Below are positions 46,382 through 59,267 of a DNA stretch of 64,000 nucleotides, piece by piece. The DNA lies in NCBI RefSeq assembly GCF_032191835.1, contig NC_083240.1, positions 13,764,001 through 13,828,000 on the forward strand, read 5' to 3'. Under the pieces are notes generated by a model. The model worked only from the letters and a program-made list of their open reading frames with translations. It was not told the origin of the DNA and searched no databases. The stretch's first letter is position 1; each line of letters starts with the position of its first letter. Origin of the DNA: Heteronotia binoei (taxonomy: Eukaryota). A program made the translations under genes and the position numbers.

Positions 46382-47540
46382 TAGTTGGTTCTCCCATTGG
46401 GCTGGTCTTGAACCTAACAAGGCACTTCCAGGGACCTTCTGAAAACCCAGTTAAGTAACTGAAGAAAGACAAAGAAAAAAACCACACAGATCGTTGCAGT
46501 GCTTGAACAGAGAAGTGAGAGAGATCTCTTAAGATATCCGAGGTTAAAAAAGGGCATCTCACCCAAAAACTCCCACCAAAAACCAAGGACAATGAGGAAA
46601 TGGAATCAAAAGAGAAAGGATAACAGCAGGATGTATATTTTGAAGAAGTTTTCTTGTTTGTTTGTTTGTTATAAATGAAAGTGTGTGCAAGGAAGAAACA
46701 CTGGGCAAATCCAGGGGCCACCTGTCACATGCCCTGAAGATCACTTAGCATGATGTAAAAAAATTGGTAGATTGGTTTTTCTAGGGTTGCTAGCTCTGGG
46801 TTGGGCAATACTTGGAGATTTTGGGGTTGAAGCCTCGGGAGAGTGAGGTTTGGGCAAGGGAGGGACCTCAGCAGGATAAAATGCCATAGAGTCCACTTTC
46901 CAAAGCAGCCACTTTCTCCAAGGGAACTGATTTCTGTAGCCTGGAGATTGTCTGTGATGTCAGGAGATCTCCAGATCCCACCTGGAGGTTGGCAACCCCA
47001 GTTCTTACCAGTGGGGCTTTTTTTGGAAAGGTAAATTGCTGCTCCCCAGGTATTGTCATCTTGAATTTTGTGAGCTGGTGGACTCTAGGTAGAGGGGATC
47101 AATTTTATGGTTGCGGAGCCAAAAAATTCGTATACTGCAGTGTGCCGAAAAATTCACTCAGGGAGCATTTTAGGCATAAAAAAACTGTGTGGCACCTTTC
47201 AGATGAACAGGGTGCTAGCCAGAAACCAACTAGCGTAAAGATGGTTTAAAAGCGAAGCAGTTTTGTTTTGCAGAAGGGGAAAGGGAAATAAGATTAAAAT
47301 GGGGATTTTTGAATCGAACTAGGAAGCTGGTACTCTCTGCCTCCACAACTACCTCTGGATAGTTACTGGCGAGAGTAGGAGTTCCCTGCCCTCTTTTATT
47401 TCCTCACAGTTTAGTTGCTTGGACACTGCTGAAGGGTGGTATTATTATCCCTTCAAGCTGGCCACAAGTTCAGGGAAGGCAACAGCTACATTTGAACCGA
47501 GGATTCCTTGCTTATTGCATATGGAACAATGTGGAAGTTT

Positions 47541-47814
47541 GAAGAAGAAGATGATCCTGGATATATATCCCACCCTTCACTCTGAATGTCAGAGTCTCGG
47601 TGTGGCTTACAATCTCCTTTCCCTTTCTCCCCCCACAACAGAAACCCTGTGAGGTGGGTGGGGCTGAGAGAGCTCTCACAGAAGCTGCTGCCCTTTCAAG
47701 GACAGCTCTGCGAGAGCCACAACTGACCCAAGGCTATTCCAGCAGCTGCAAGTGGAGGAGTAGGGAATCAAACCCAGTTCTCCCAGACACTTAACCACTA
47801 CACCAAACTGGCCC
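47541..47814 (-). mobile_element. Squam3-like SINE
   Basis: Consensus match. Confidence 0.8.
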
Positions 47815-48125
47815 TCAGGCAATTTGATGACCAGCTTGTAAAAAAAAAAGAATCCTTTTTTGGTTGGGTTGGTTTTATTTAAAATACTATTACAGGCCCC
47901 GAGCCTGCTTCGGCAGGGAGGGCGGGGTATAAATACAAAATTATTATTATTATATTATTATTATTTTATTTCAGTGAAGGACTTCAGACATTTTATCCTA
48001 GTGAAGGACTTCATCTCTATCTCTCCTTCATTTTACCCTCACAGCCACCCTGTGAAGTAGGTTAAAACGAATCACTGGCTCAAGAACTGCCTTGGAGGGC
48101 TGGAAGGTGGGAGAGGAATTTGGTT

Positions 48126-48407
48126 GAGAGCCAGTTTGGTGTAGTGGTTAAGTGTGTGGACTCTTATCTGGGAGAACCGGGTTTGATTCCCCACTCCTCC
48201 ACTTGCACCTGCTAGCATAGCCTTGGGTCAGCCATAGCTCTGGCAGAGGTTGTCCTTGAAAGGACAGCTGCTGTGAGAGCCCTCTCCAGCCCCACCCACC
48301 TCACAGGGTGTCTGTTGTGGAGGAGGAAGGTAAAGGAGATTGTGACCTGCTCTGAGACTCTTCGGAGTAGAGGGCGGGATATAAATCCAATATCTTCTTC
48401 ATCTTCT
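48126..48407 (+). mobile_element. Squam3-like SINE, full length
   Basis: Consensus match. Confidence 0.85.
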
Positions 48408-49726
48408 AAATAAAATAAGTCAACCTCATCCAAGAAAACTGGGTTTTCTTATTTCTCTAACTCTATGCCAAACTGGAATCAAGCTGGAGTTACACAGCTG
48501 GCCAGGAGGGGACATCTTTAAAATGACTCCTTTTGCAAACAGTTTAAAGGAAGTCATAGGCAGGGGGTATTAATTAACCTCTCTTCTGTTTGGTTCAATT
48601 TGGGAGCGCTTTGAGATAAAAAGAGATCATGGTGCAGGTGACTTCCTTTAAAGCAATGACCAGTTGTAAAGCACTTGTCTGGTTTATCGTATTTTTAACC
48701 ATACTTTTCTGGGGAAAAGTTTCTGCAAAAGTTTGATCTTTTTGATCTTCCTGCAAAAGTTGATCACAGGATTAAAGTCTACTAAAAACGGTCCTCAATT
48801 TGCAAGTAAGGCTGTTAATGATGGGATGTTTTGGAGGTCATTAATTCATAAGGGCACTATAAATCGGAAGTGACTTAGCATATAAATTACAGGGGCGGCC
48901 AATAGCAGGTTAGGAAAATCCTGGAGATTTGGGGGTGGAGCTTGGGGGAGGGAAGGGTTCAGGAAGAGGACCTCCACAGGGTATAATGCCATAGAGTCCA
49001 CCCTCCAAAGCAGCCATTTCCTCCAGGGAACTAGGGTTGTCAGCTGCCAGAGCTCAGTTCCCCTGGATAAAATGGCTGCTTTGAAGGGTGCACTCTATGG
49101 CATTGCCATAAGGTCCCTCCCATCCCCAAACCTTATCCTCCCCAAAATCCATTGCCCAGATCTCCATGTATTTCCAAGTCTAGGGCTGGTCTGGAGATCT
49201 GTTGTAATTCTAGGAGATCTCCAGGTTCCATCTGGAGATTGGCAACCCTAGGCTGAGCTGGATTTGGACACAGTGTGGGGGATGCCGGTGGCCTGGCTAT
49301 ATCTCCCCTCTTTCTGACACCCTCCTTCATAGTGGCTTGACGCTTTCATACCGCCTCTTCCAGGTAATCTACAGCACGATTGCGGTCTCCTCTTCTTGGC
49401 AGTCAAACTTTTACGGTCCTTGAAATCATGTGCCGCTGTTGTTTGCAAAGCAGTGACGCGTGCATTGCTACCACATCAGCACAATGCCTGCCCAGGCTAC
49501 AGATCTCTGTCCTGCTTGTCTTGCATTGCATACCTAGTAGCGGAAGCTCTGGGGGGAAAGGAGACGCTGTATGCATTAAAAAAACCCAAAACCCACAAGT
49601 TAGGGTTTTTTTTTTTTAAGCCTACCCCTACCACAGGGATTGACATGAGAAGAGGTGACATTGCAGTAGGGCTGCCAGGTGTCTCCCTGACTGTTGGCAG
49701 GGGATGGGGTGCCAGATCCAGCTTGG

Positions 49727-49887
49727 CAGGGCTTTTTTTTGTAGCAGGAACTCCTTTGCATATTAGGCCACACACCGCTGATGTAGCCAATCCTCCTGGA
49801 GCTTACAGGGCTCTTGGAGGATTGGCTACATCAAGGGTGTGTGTGGCCTAATATGCAAAGGAGTTCCTGCTACAAAAAAAAGTCCTG
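49727..49887. mobile_element. Palindromic hAT MITE, family A
   Basis: Fold-back with a shortened centre. Confidence 0.8.
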
Positions 49888-50859
49888 GTTTTTTTGTGAG
49901 AAGGTATGCCTCCATTCACTTTGCGCCATGTTGTACTTGACAATGTTTGGCACTCCCAGTCAGCAGGATGAAGATCTTGCTGACACCCTGACCGGTTACA
50001 GGACTTCCACAGCAAGAGAACCACCATTTTTTAAACATTGGGCCAATTAGGTAAAAGGAGGGAGAGGAGACTTGGGAGACATCTCAATCTATTGGCATGA
50101 ACACAGGAGGAGGTGAGATTTACCAAGCTACTAGTGACAGCCAGCTCTACAGGTGAGGAGTGGAGATCTCCCGGAATAACAGTGAATAATTATCTCCAGA
50201 TCAGCTCCTCTGGGGGGGAAATGGCTGCTTTGGAAGGTGGATGCTATGGCATTTTACCCTGTCGAAATCTCTCCTTTCTCTAACCCTCTTTCTCCAGGCT
50301 TCACTCCCCAAAAATCTCCAGGAATTTTCTAACCTGGAGCTGGCAAACCTACAGCAATGTACTCTCTGACTTTCTGTATGCTGAAGAAGGAACTCTCTGG
50401 GGAGTCCCCAGTCCTTGGGCCGACGTGCATTCGAGCTTGTCCAGAAGCAGGGCTGCGAAGGGCTGACTCAGCAGAGCTCAGGACCGAATCAGCAATTTTA
50501 TTTGTGGCCTGGTTTGGGGGGAAAGGACAGACCAAATAAATGCTTCATTGGCAATCAACCCATTTCCTCTTGGTGGGCTTATGAAAGAAGTGCAAGGTCA
50601 TCTTCTGGTACATGGTGCTGACCGAGGACTTGGCGTGTTCTGTTCTGTATTCGTAGCTACTGGGAAGGCAGGTTTAATAGGCTCATTTTGTCCTGCATTC
50701 TACTTCTCCTGAAATCTGGTTTGATTAGAAGAATGGGTACAATTTGTCCCGGAAGCTGAGCATGCATGGTTTATGAGCTCCTTTGACTCTTTTACATTCT
50801 CCCCTATCCGTGTGCATTAATGAAACTCTTTAGAAAAACAAACTGGATGCAATCTCATG

Positions 50860-51021
50860 CAGGGCTTTTTTGTAGCAGGAACTCATTTGCATATTAGGCC
50901 ACACCCCTCTGATGTAGCCAATCCTCTAAAAGCTTACAGGGCTCTTAGTACAGGAGGATTGGCTACATCCGGGGTGTGTGGCCTAATATGCAAAGGAGAT
51001 CCTGCTACAAAAAAAGCCCTG
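50860..51021. mobile_element. Palindromic hAT MITE, family A
   Basis: Perfect 8 bp TSD ATCTCATG. Confidence 0.9.
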
Positions 51022-51682
51022 ATCTCATGTATAATTTTATGAAGTTTCTTTTTTTGTGTGGTGTTTCACCAAGTTGTACATATACTGCTGCATCCTGATA
51101 AAACATCACATTGAAAGAGTCAGCATATCGCTAGTTGTACGACCACACCACAATTCCTCTTTTAGCAGGGTTTTCTCAGGGTACATCAGACATGCCCATC
51201 CATGAAACACCATAGTGCAATGATATATACAGTCATGCCAAGATTCCTTTTTGTGCAAGGTTTTATCAGAAACACAGAGACCAGAAAAACAAAGAGTGAA
51301 CCAAAGGAGCCAAAAGCAATGGAAAACTGAAAGTATGCAAAATTGTGCAGAAAATTAAAAGGGGGGGGGGGGAGAGTGAAGATTCTTGTATTGGTCCAAC
51401 TTTGCAGCTAAAACCAAACCATTTGAAATGGAGGGATGCCAGCCTCCAGGTGGGACCTGGGGATCCCCCAGAATTACAGCTCATTTTCAAACTACAGAAA
51501 TCAGTTCCCTGGGAGAAAAATTAATGTGTTGGAGGGTGGACTGTACTATGGCACTGTACCCCACTGCGGGTTCCTGTCTTCCCCAAGCTTTATCCTCAAA
51601 ACTCCAGAAGTTTTCCAATCGGGATCTGGCAAACCTACCCCACCTACCTATATCCCACCAGTGGGTACTTTACAGGCCTAAG

Positions 51683-51870
51683 CAGGGATTTTTTTGAGCA
51701 GGAACACAATTCCAGCTGGCTGGGCTTCAGGGGGTGTGGCCTAATATGCAAATGAGTCCCCACTGGGCTTTTTCTACAAAAAAGTCCCGTGTGAAACAAT
51801 AGTGACATCAGAGGTGTGGCCTAATATGCAAATGAGTTCCCGCTGGGCTTTTTCTACAAAAAAGGCCCTG
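51683..51870. mobile_element. hAT MITE, family B
   Basis: TSD GGCCTAAG/AGCCTAAG. Confidence 0.85.
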
Positions 51871-52589
51871 AGCCTAAGAATGCCCTAGATGGGATTGCCA
51901 ACCTCCAGGTGCAGTCTGGAGATCTCCCACTATTACAACTGGTCCCCAGGTTACAGAGCTCACCTCCCCTGGAGAAAATGGCTGCTCTGGAGGGTGCACT
52001 CTATGGTATTATAACCTGCTGAAACCCCCAACTTCTCCAAATCCTAAAATCTCCAGGAATTTCCCAACCCAGGGTTGGCAACTAGGTTTGCAAGCTTCCA
52101 GATGGGAATTCGCAATCTCCTGCTTTTACAGCTGATCTCCAGCTGGCAGAGATTAGCTCCCCTTGGGGAAATGGCTGCTTTGAAGGGTGGACTCTGTGGC
52201 ATTGTCCCACGCTGAAGTCCTTCCCCTCTCCAAACCCAACTCTCTCCTGGATCCGCCCCCAAAGTCTCCAGGTACTTTCCAACTGTATTGGAGCCCAGCT
52301 GCTTTGAACTAAAAATCAATGTTCAGATTGTGTTTCTTTCTCGCGCAAACCAAACTTGCACTTCTTTTGTCTCTTGTTTCCTGGCACGGAATTCCTCCCC
52401 TCCCCAAAAAAGAAATCCATTTATCAGCATTCTTTGTACTTTGATAAGTCACCAGTATAATTTATAGGCAAATTATATGTTCAAAGTTATGCAAACAGAT
52501 GCATAAATTACGTAGAAAAAGATAAGCGCAAACTGCAAAATCAGCACAGGCAGAACGACGAAACGAAGCGCCAAACTGGAGAACATCCT

Positions 52590-52720
52590 AGTAGGCAGCT
52601 GTGTTGGTCTGAAGCAATAGAACAAAGCAGTAGACAAGTACACCTTTAAGACCAGCTAAGTTTTATTCAGATGTAAGCTTTCGTATGCTCTTCAGCAGAC
52701 TTCATCAGACAAATGGGAAT
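52590..52720 (-). mobile_element. Penelope-like terminal fragment
   Basis: GTGTTGGTCTGAAGCAATAGAACAAAG...CACCTTTAAGACC shared with 34210-34270. Confidence 0.7.
52672..52711 (-). ncRNA. Minimal type I hammerhead ribozyme (Penelope-associated), catalytic core intact
   Basis: Minus strand TGT-CTGATGA-A-GTCTGC-TGAAGA-GCATAC-GAAA-GC-TT-ACA: CUGAUGA and GAAA cores, 5/6 bp stem II, 3 bp stem I, palindromic AAGCTT stem III. Confidence 0.6.
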
Positions 52721-52968
52721 GGAAGCAGCAATTCTTAAGTGGGCAGTGTAGAATCATGGGAATGTTTTAAACAGATTAAAAGAATCACAAATAGGGATCT
52801 GGATTTGTTAGTGTTAGGACAAAACAGGGCTGAAAAAACACTGGAGGGTGATAAAAAGCAGACTGCTGTTGTAGGTGTGAAGTGCCATAAATCTAGGTAA
52901 AATTCTGGCTTTGTTAGTTTAAATAGAGGGCATGGTTTCTCTATATTTATAACATCCATTATAGTTTA

Positions 52969-53275
52969 CCATTAGAAAAAAAGGAAGACATTAAAATACA
53001 GTGTGGGATGGGTTGGTATATGCAATAAGACAAACAGCCAATATCTCCCATTTGAGTATGTCAATACAAAAAAAAAAAAAACCAAATATTCTGATACACT
53101 GTGCTAAAAGAGAAATAATGTTATAAGTTAGCCATTAGAAAAACAGAGTGCATTAAAGTATAGTGGAAGGTGGGTTAGTATATGCAATGAGACAAACAGC
53201 CCACATCCCTCACTTGAGCATGTCAACACATGTCAACACATTATTCTGATACACTGTTCTAAAAGAGAAATACAT
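52969..53275. repeat. Diverged tandem duplication, ~150-165 bp unit
   Basis: CCATTAGAAAAA...TATGCAAT.AGACAAACAGCC...ATTCTGATACACTGT.CTAAAAGAGAAATA occurs twice. Confidence 0.8.
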
Positions 53276-54455
53276 TGGAACGCTGTGGATGTGCACCTAG
53301 AAATCAATGTAAAAATAAATGAAACGGGGACCATTTTTTCACCTGTACCCTGACCAACGGAGTTGTGAGGTGAGAAATCCCCGATCAGACGATGAGGAGG
53401 AAATCAGCTTGTCAAACTGATATAGCGTCCCTGGAAATCAAGCTCCAAACCAGCTCCAGGAACTGAAATCTAAGACATGAAAGGACAGCTATTCTCCTAG
53501 ACAGTAAGATGTCACAGCGTTCACTGAGGAGGCTTCACTGTGACTGAATCACTGAGATACAAGGAAATGGAGTACAGCCAAAGGGTTTTTTTTTCAGAGG
53601 GGGGTGGGGTACATTAATTCTTTAAGTCATTGACTGACTCCAACTTCCTGCCAATGATATGAACCCAAGACTGCCACAAATAGAAACTGAAAATACCAGG
53701 TAGCTGAGTGTTACTTCCTTTCACCTCACTCCTCAAAGTACACTATTCAGTTTAAAAAAAAAAAACCCTCCCTTTCCCACTGGGGCGTACGTAGGCGGTT
53801 GCTTCTTGAGTATATCCGGTAGGAATAGAAACTCCGGCTATAGAAAATATAGAAGAGGAAAGTTTACTCTCAAGTGTTGCCCCCTCGTTTCTGAGTAAAG
53901 CATGAAACTTAAATTATTGCGTGGGAGGGGTTTGTAGCAGGAACTCCTTTGCATATTAGGCCACACACCCCTGATGTAGCCAATACTCTTGGAGCTTACA
54001 GTAGGCCCTGTACAAAGAGCAAAGGAGCTCCTGCTAAAAAAAATCCCTGCCAGCTCTGGGTTGGAAAATACCTGGAGATATTGGGGTGGAGCCTGAGGAG
54101 CGGAGGGTTTGGGAAAGGGAGGGGCCTCAGCAGAATACAAGTGAGGATTGGCAACCCTATTTCCAACCTCCAGGTGGGGCCTGGTATTTTTGTGGGTATC
54201 TGGGGCTCTTGGGGGATGTTTTTTGAGGTAGGGCACCATATTTTCAACCTAGTATCTGGGGCCTCTGCTCAGCAAACTCTCCATGTTTCAAAAGGTGCCT
54301 TCATCCTCCATTATTTCCTATGGAAGGCATTTAAAAGGAGCACGGTCACTTTAAATGTGATGACCAGAACTTCTGGCTCCACCCCCAAAGACTCCTGGCT
54401 CCACCTCCAAAGTCCCCAGATATTTCCTGACCTGCCAACCCCAGTTGAAAACCCT

Positions 54456-54730
54456 AGCCAGTTTGGTGTAGTGGCTTAATTGTGCGGACTCTTATCTGGG
54501 AGACCTGGGTTTGATTCCCCACTCCTTCGCTTGCACCTGCTGGAATGGCCTCGGGTCAGCCATAGCTCTGGCAGAGGTTGTCCTTGAAAGGGCAGCTGCT
54601 GTGAGAGCCCTCTCAGCCCCACCCACCTCGCAGGGTGTCTGTTGTGGGGAGAGAAGATAAAGGAGATTGTGAGCCGCTCTGAGATTCGATGTGGAGGGCA
54701 GGATATAAATCCAATATCATCCCCATCATC
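54456..54730 (+). mobile_element. Squam3-like SINE, full length
   Basis: Consensus match. Confidence 0.85.
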
Positions 54731-55129
54731 ATTTTATTATTATTGTTATCCTTATACTAGAGACTGAGGAGGAGGAGGCAGGGCGAGGTTGAGAGACAGT
54801 AACTTCCAGGCTGGTGAGCTTTGCTTGACAGGGACTTCCTGTTACAGGATGTTAGTGATTACATCACATTGCCAGATTAGATCTTGCAGCAGTTATTTGG
54901 AAATCAATCTCACAGAAAGCGAGTCAGCTTCTTCTTCTTCTTTTTTAATTAACAACTTACTGTATTTTCACAACATAAGCATAACACAATAAAAATAATA
55001 TAGTACAATACAATAGTTATAAATAAAATTAAAATGCAGCATTTTCACTAACATACGTCTGTTTAAAACATATACTGCAATGGGGGATTCCTTTTAGTGG
55101 TTCACTTACAGAGTATTTTTCTTGTTTGA

Positions 55130-55540
55130 TTGACCCCCATATTTGAAGAGCGTTTATGTTAGCCTGTTTTAATGTGCTTCCTTCTGCTGTGCTATACAGG
55201 AGGTTTAAAAAAATACCATTCCTTGATAGGCTATGTCCCTGTGGGCTGAAGAAAACTGAAGGAACGGACCATGTACTTTTATCCTGCAGATTCTACTGTG
55301 ATTTATGTGCATCCTATCTGGATCCTATATTGCAATCCCTGGAGGGTAAATCTGTTGAAAATAAGATAATAAGCTTACTAGCCTCAAATAAGGCTGAAAC
55401 CTTCGAAGTGGTGGCAAATTTCCTTTACTGTGCTTATAAGAGTAGAAGTCTGTTTAGAATGTTTAATTAACCACCTTTCCCGCCCCCCGCTTCCTTGATT
55501 TGATACTATTATGCCAATAAAGGTTCTGTGACTGTGACTG
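55130..55540 (+). mobile_element. 3' end of a non-LTR retrotransposon with C-terminal zinc knuckle (clade uncertain)
   Basis: ORF 55156-55470 contains RLCPCG...TDHVLLSC, followed by a stop, AATAAA and a (TGTGAC)n tail. Confidence 0.65.
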
Positions 55541-55987
55541 TTAGCTTTCAATGTTTAAATCACAGTTTTGCCAAACACTTTCAATAGAGTCTACAGTCTA
55601 AGGAATTTAAAATCCGGTAAGTTTACCATAAACAGAGCGTATCAATCAAATCAGGAATATCATCATATTTTGATAAATATTTCATGATGGGGAACTAGAT
55701 TACCTCAAAATTGGATGGACATTTTTTAAGAAATAAAAAAAAAAGATAAATGGTCAGAGAGTTTGGCCATAATATATGCGTCCCATAACTTGTGGTGCCA
55801 TAGTGATAAGTGCGGAGGAGTTTTGACTTCTGAATAAACGGGCTGAAAAACTGGGGCATGCCAGACTTTCTCAATGCTGCTTTGCACAGGGGTTATTAGG
55901 AAACTATTCTGCTCTTCACTTTGCATGTAAAGTGATGTAAGATGAAGCCAAAATGATGCAAGGCTTGTGTGGAATTGCAGTTGTGTG

Positions 55988-56195
55988 CAGGGGCTTTTTT
56001 TTTTTTTTTTTTTGCAGAAAAAAATTTCTACAAAATTTTCATGTTAGGCCACACTCCTGATATCATCATTGTTTCGCAGAGGGCTTTTTGTAGAAAAAGC
56101 CCAGCAGGAACTCATTTGCATATTAGACCACACACCCCTGATGCCAAGCCAGCCAGAAATGTGGTGTTGTGCACTCCTGCTTAAAGAAAGCCCTG
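55988..56195. mobile_element. hAT MITE, family B
   Basis: Perfect 8 bp TSD GTTGTGTG. Confidence 0.85.
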
Positions 56196-56975
56196 GTTGT
56201 GTGTGTGTGTCCTTCAGTGTACTCTGTGACTTTACAAAGCTTCTTTAAAAGAACTGGCAAATGGCGGAAAGGTCGTGTAAGGCACTGGGAGAATTTTACA
56301 GGCTTCCTTTGAATGTTAGCCTTTGCGGCAATTGTTAGATTAAGACAGGGTATAAAGATAAGATTTTTTAAAAAGAGAGAGAGAGAGATTTTATCAAGTC
56401 CATTCTAATCTCATTTTACAAGCCCAACTGTCAAACTCTCCCTAGAGAGGTAAAGGAACAAACTTGACACATGTTCAGAGGCATTTAGCACCCGTAGAAA
56501 TGCCAGCCGCCAGGTGGGACCTGGGCAAGCCTCAGATTCAGTGGGAGCTCACAGGAGCACAGCTCCTGAACCTTTCTGAGGGTTCCACCTCCTCCTTCTG
56601 AGAGTTCCACCTCCTTGTCCATTGAATAGTAGGTGCAGCTGCATAACAATCCCTGGATGAGCTCCACCACCTATCTTTTTACAAAACGACCCCTGGACCT
56701 GGGGATACCCTGGATTGACACTTCATCTCCAGACTACAGAGATCAGTTCCCCTGGAGAAAATGGATGCTTTGGAGGTAGATTCTCTGGCACTGCACCTCC
56801 CCGAGGTCTCTGTTCTCCCCAGGCTTCAGGAGTTTCCCAATGTGGAGGTGATAACCCCATCCCGCTATCCCTGCAGGCGAACCTAGCAACACTAGCCCCC
56901 TGTGCAACTGGTTTTGTTGTTATATATTTGGCAATCCTATAAGGTGTCCCCACCTTTGCTGGTAAAAAGATAAAG

Positions 56976-57265
56976 GCCATCCCCTGTGCAAGCACCAGTC
57001 ATTTCCAACTCTGGGGTGACGTCACATCACGTTTTCACAGAAGACTTTTTACGGGATGCTTTGCCATTGCCTTCCCCAGTTATCTACACTCGCCCCCCAG
57101 CAAGCTGGGTACTCGTTTTACCGACCTCGGAAGGATGGAAGGCTGAGTCAACCTTGAGCCAGCTACCTGAACCCAGCTTTTGCCGGGATCAAACTCAGGT
57201 CGTGAGCAGAGCTTGGACTGCAGTACTGCAGTTCGCAGCTTTACCACTCTGCGCCATGGGACTCT
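56976..57265 (-). mobile_element. Sauria SINE
   Basis: Reverse-complement match to 7524-7821. Confidence 0.85.
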
Positions 57266-57544
57266 TCCACCTTTGTTGCTACTCCAGTCATAGTCAACGG
57301 ACAGTTTGTATCGAATGCCTTTGGGTAGAAGACAGTGATAGTGAGGCCATCAGTCTGTCAATATTGTCCATTCTGACTGACAGCTGCTCTCCAGGAGCTC
57401 TTTCACAGTCCCCTCTCTGAGATCCTTTAAAAAATAAAAATGCAAGCTTCTGTATGCAAAGCATATGCTCTGCCACTGAACTACAAACTGTGGGTCAAAT
57501 TCTACCCACTTTCTGCTGGCTGAAGCAGATCATTTAGAATCATA

Positions 57545-58874
57545 AGTCGTTTTCGCACTTAGCGTTTGCTCCCCTTATTCCGCGGCGCAATTATGTCCGG
57601 ATCATTTTTCTCGTTTTCGCACTAGTGACTCTTTGCGGAGTCGCCTTCCCTGAAGCCCCGGCTCAAATCGTTTTCCCACTGGCATCGACTTGAGTTCGAT
57701 GCCCTGTCAATCATTTTTTTTTTAAGCGCAAGTCTGGTTGCGTAAGGACGTACTAACGTAACATCGAGCTGTTCCCTCCCCTACTTTTCGTGGACAAACC
57801 GCATCACGTGTGCTGCTGCTGCTTATGGATTGGCTGCAGCTGTAGAATCCTCCACAGCCCTTTATGTATTAACAGAAGCATTCGCAGTGGAGAATCCTAG
57901 CACTATATTCCCCCCCCAAATTCTGAAGTTGCGAAATATCGCAATAACAAAGAGAGAAATCGAGGGGTTTGTGTGTGTGTGTGTGTGGCAGCTTCTTCCC
58001 TTCGCTCCCTCCCGGGTGGCGAAGCTGGGATTTCCTCCGCTCTCTTTCCCCTCCCCGGCTGGCGCTTGCAACGGGGACCTGACTGATTCCTGCTGCCAGA
58101 GCTCCCCCCCCCGCCCCATTCTCTCCTTCCCCTTCTGTGGCGCGTGTGAAGAGCGAGCTCGCGTCTATTTTCTAACCGAGCGGAATGTAGCCAGGGAGAA
58201 GAATGCAGGACTCCAACTTCCCATTTTATACATGGCGATTTTGTGCAGGTCCAGAAATCCTGGTGGCACAGCTGAGGGAGGCATTCCCTTTTTAAAACAC
58301 ACACACATGAACGCTTTGGCCCGCACCGGCACTAGATTCCCCCCCCCAACAATGGTCGTTTTCGCATTATCGAGATAACGCAACAGCGAAATAACGCAAC
58401 TAAAGTCAATAATAATTAAAAAAAATTCTAACGAAACCAATTGAAGTGGCAATTGAGGCTATTCCAGGAGGTTTTTTTTTTTTCCTTTGTTAATTTCGAA
58501 ATATCGCTATTACGCAAAACTGTGAAGTTTAAAAAAAAAATGGCCGTGCCGGCACTTTGGGGAAGCGCCACGAAAGGCTGATGATTGGCCAAGAGGGTGG
58601 ATGGGGTGGGAGGACGGAAAGGGAGAGGGTGCCGCCCACACAGCAGTCGATCCGGCGTGGATGGATTTCCCACAGAAAACTCCGCGGAGTGGATCCGGAG
58701 AGGATCCGGAGGTTTTCAAAAACTCCGGAAGGAGGTGGATCTAGATACTCCGGCGTGAAACCCCTGCAGCGCCGGAGCAAACCGCAGCGCCGGAGCAACA
58801 GGTGGGAAAACCAGGAAAAGATCCGGAGGTAAATGGGGTGCTACGCCGGACTAAACGCTAGTGCGAAAACGGCC
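57545..58874. mobile_element. PIF/Harbinger non-autonomous element, 1330 bp, CpG-rich, inserted in a CR1 tail
   Basis: TIRs AGTCGTTTTCGCACTTAGCGTTT / AAACGCTAGTGCGAAAACGGCC; 3 bp TSD ATA; flanks rejoin to TAGAATCATAGAGTTGGAAGGGACC. Confidence 0.85.
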
Positions 58875-59267
58875 ATAGAGTTGGAAGGGACCTCCAGGGT
58901 CATCTAGTCCAACCCCCTGCACAATGCAGGAAATTCACATACACCTTCCCCTCACACACACACACACCGAGTGAGCCCTGCTCCATTCCCAGATGTTAAA
59001 AAAACTCCAGGATCCCTGACCAAACTGGCCTGGGAAAAATGGCTGCCTTTCTCCCTGCAGCCCCTTTTGGTCTCCAAAACGGGCTATGCTGGGGATCAGA
59101 ACCCTCCACTAAAACACACACACAGAGGAGACAGGGTGGCTGCAGTGCAGAGGTGAACTGGGCAAAATCAGCCCCTTAACTCTCGGGCCTGTGGAAAGCA
59201 GGTCGAATGCGGCCTCCCTGATTCCAAACTGCTCTCTGTCTAGTGATTTACTAATTTATTTTATGAC

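Noticed and set aside
57830-58378. 182 aa ORF as a Harbinger transposase or Myb protein
   Set aside because: No DDE or Myb/SANT motifs recognisable; it runs through a GT microsatellite, and long ORFs are expected in GC-rich DNA.
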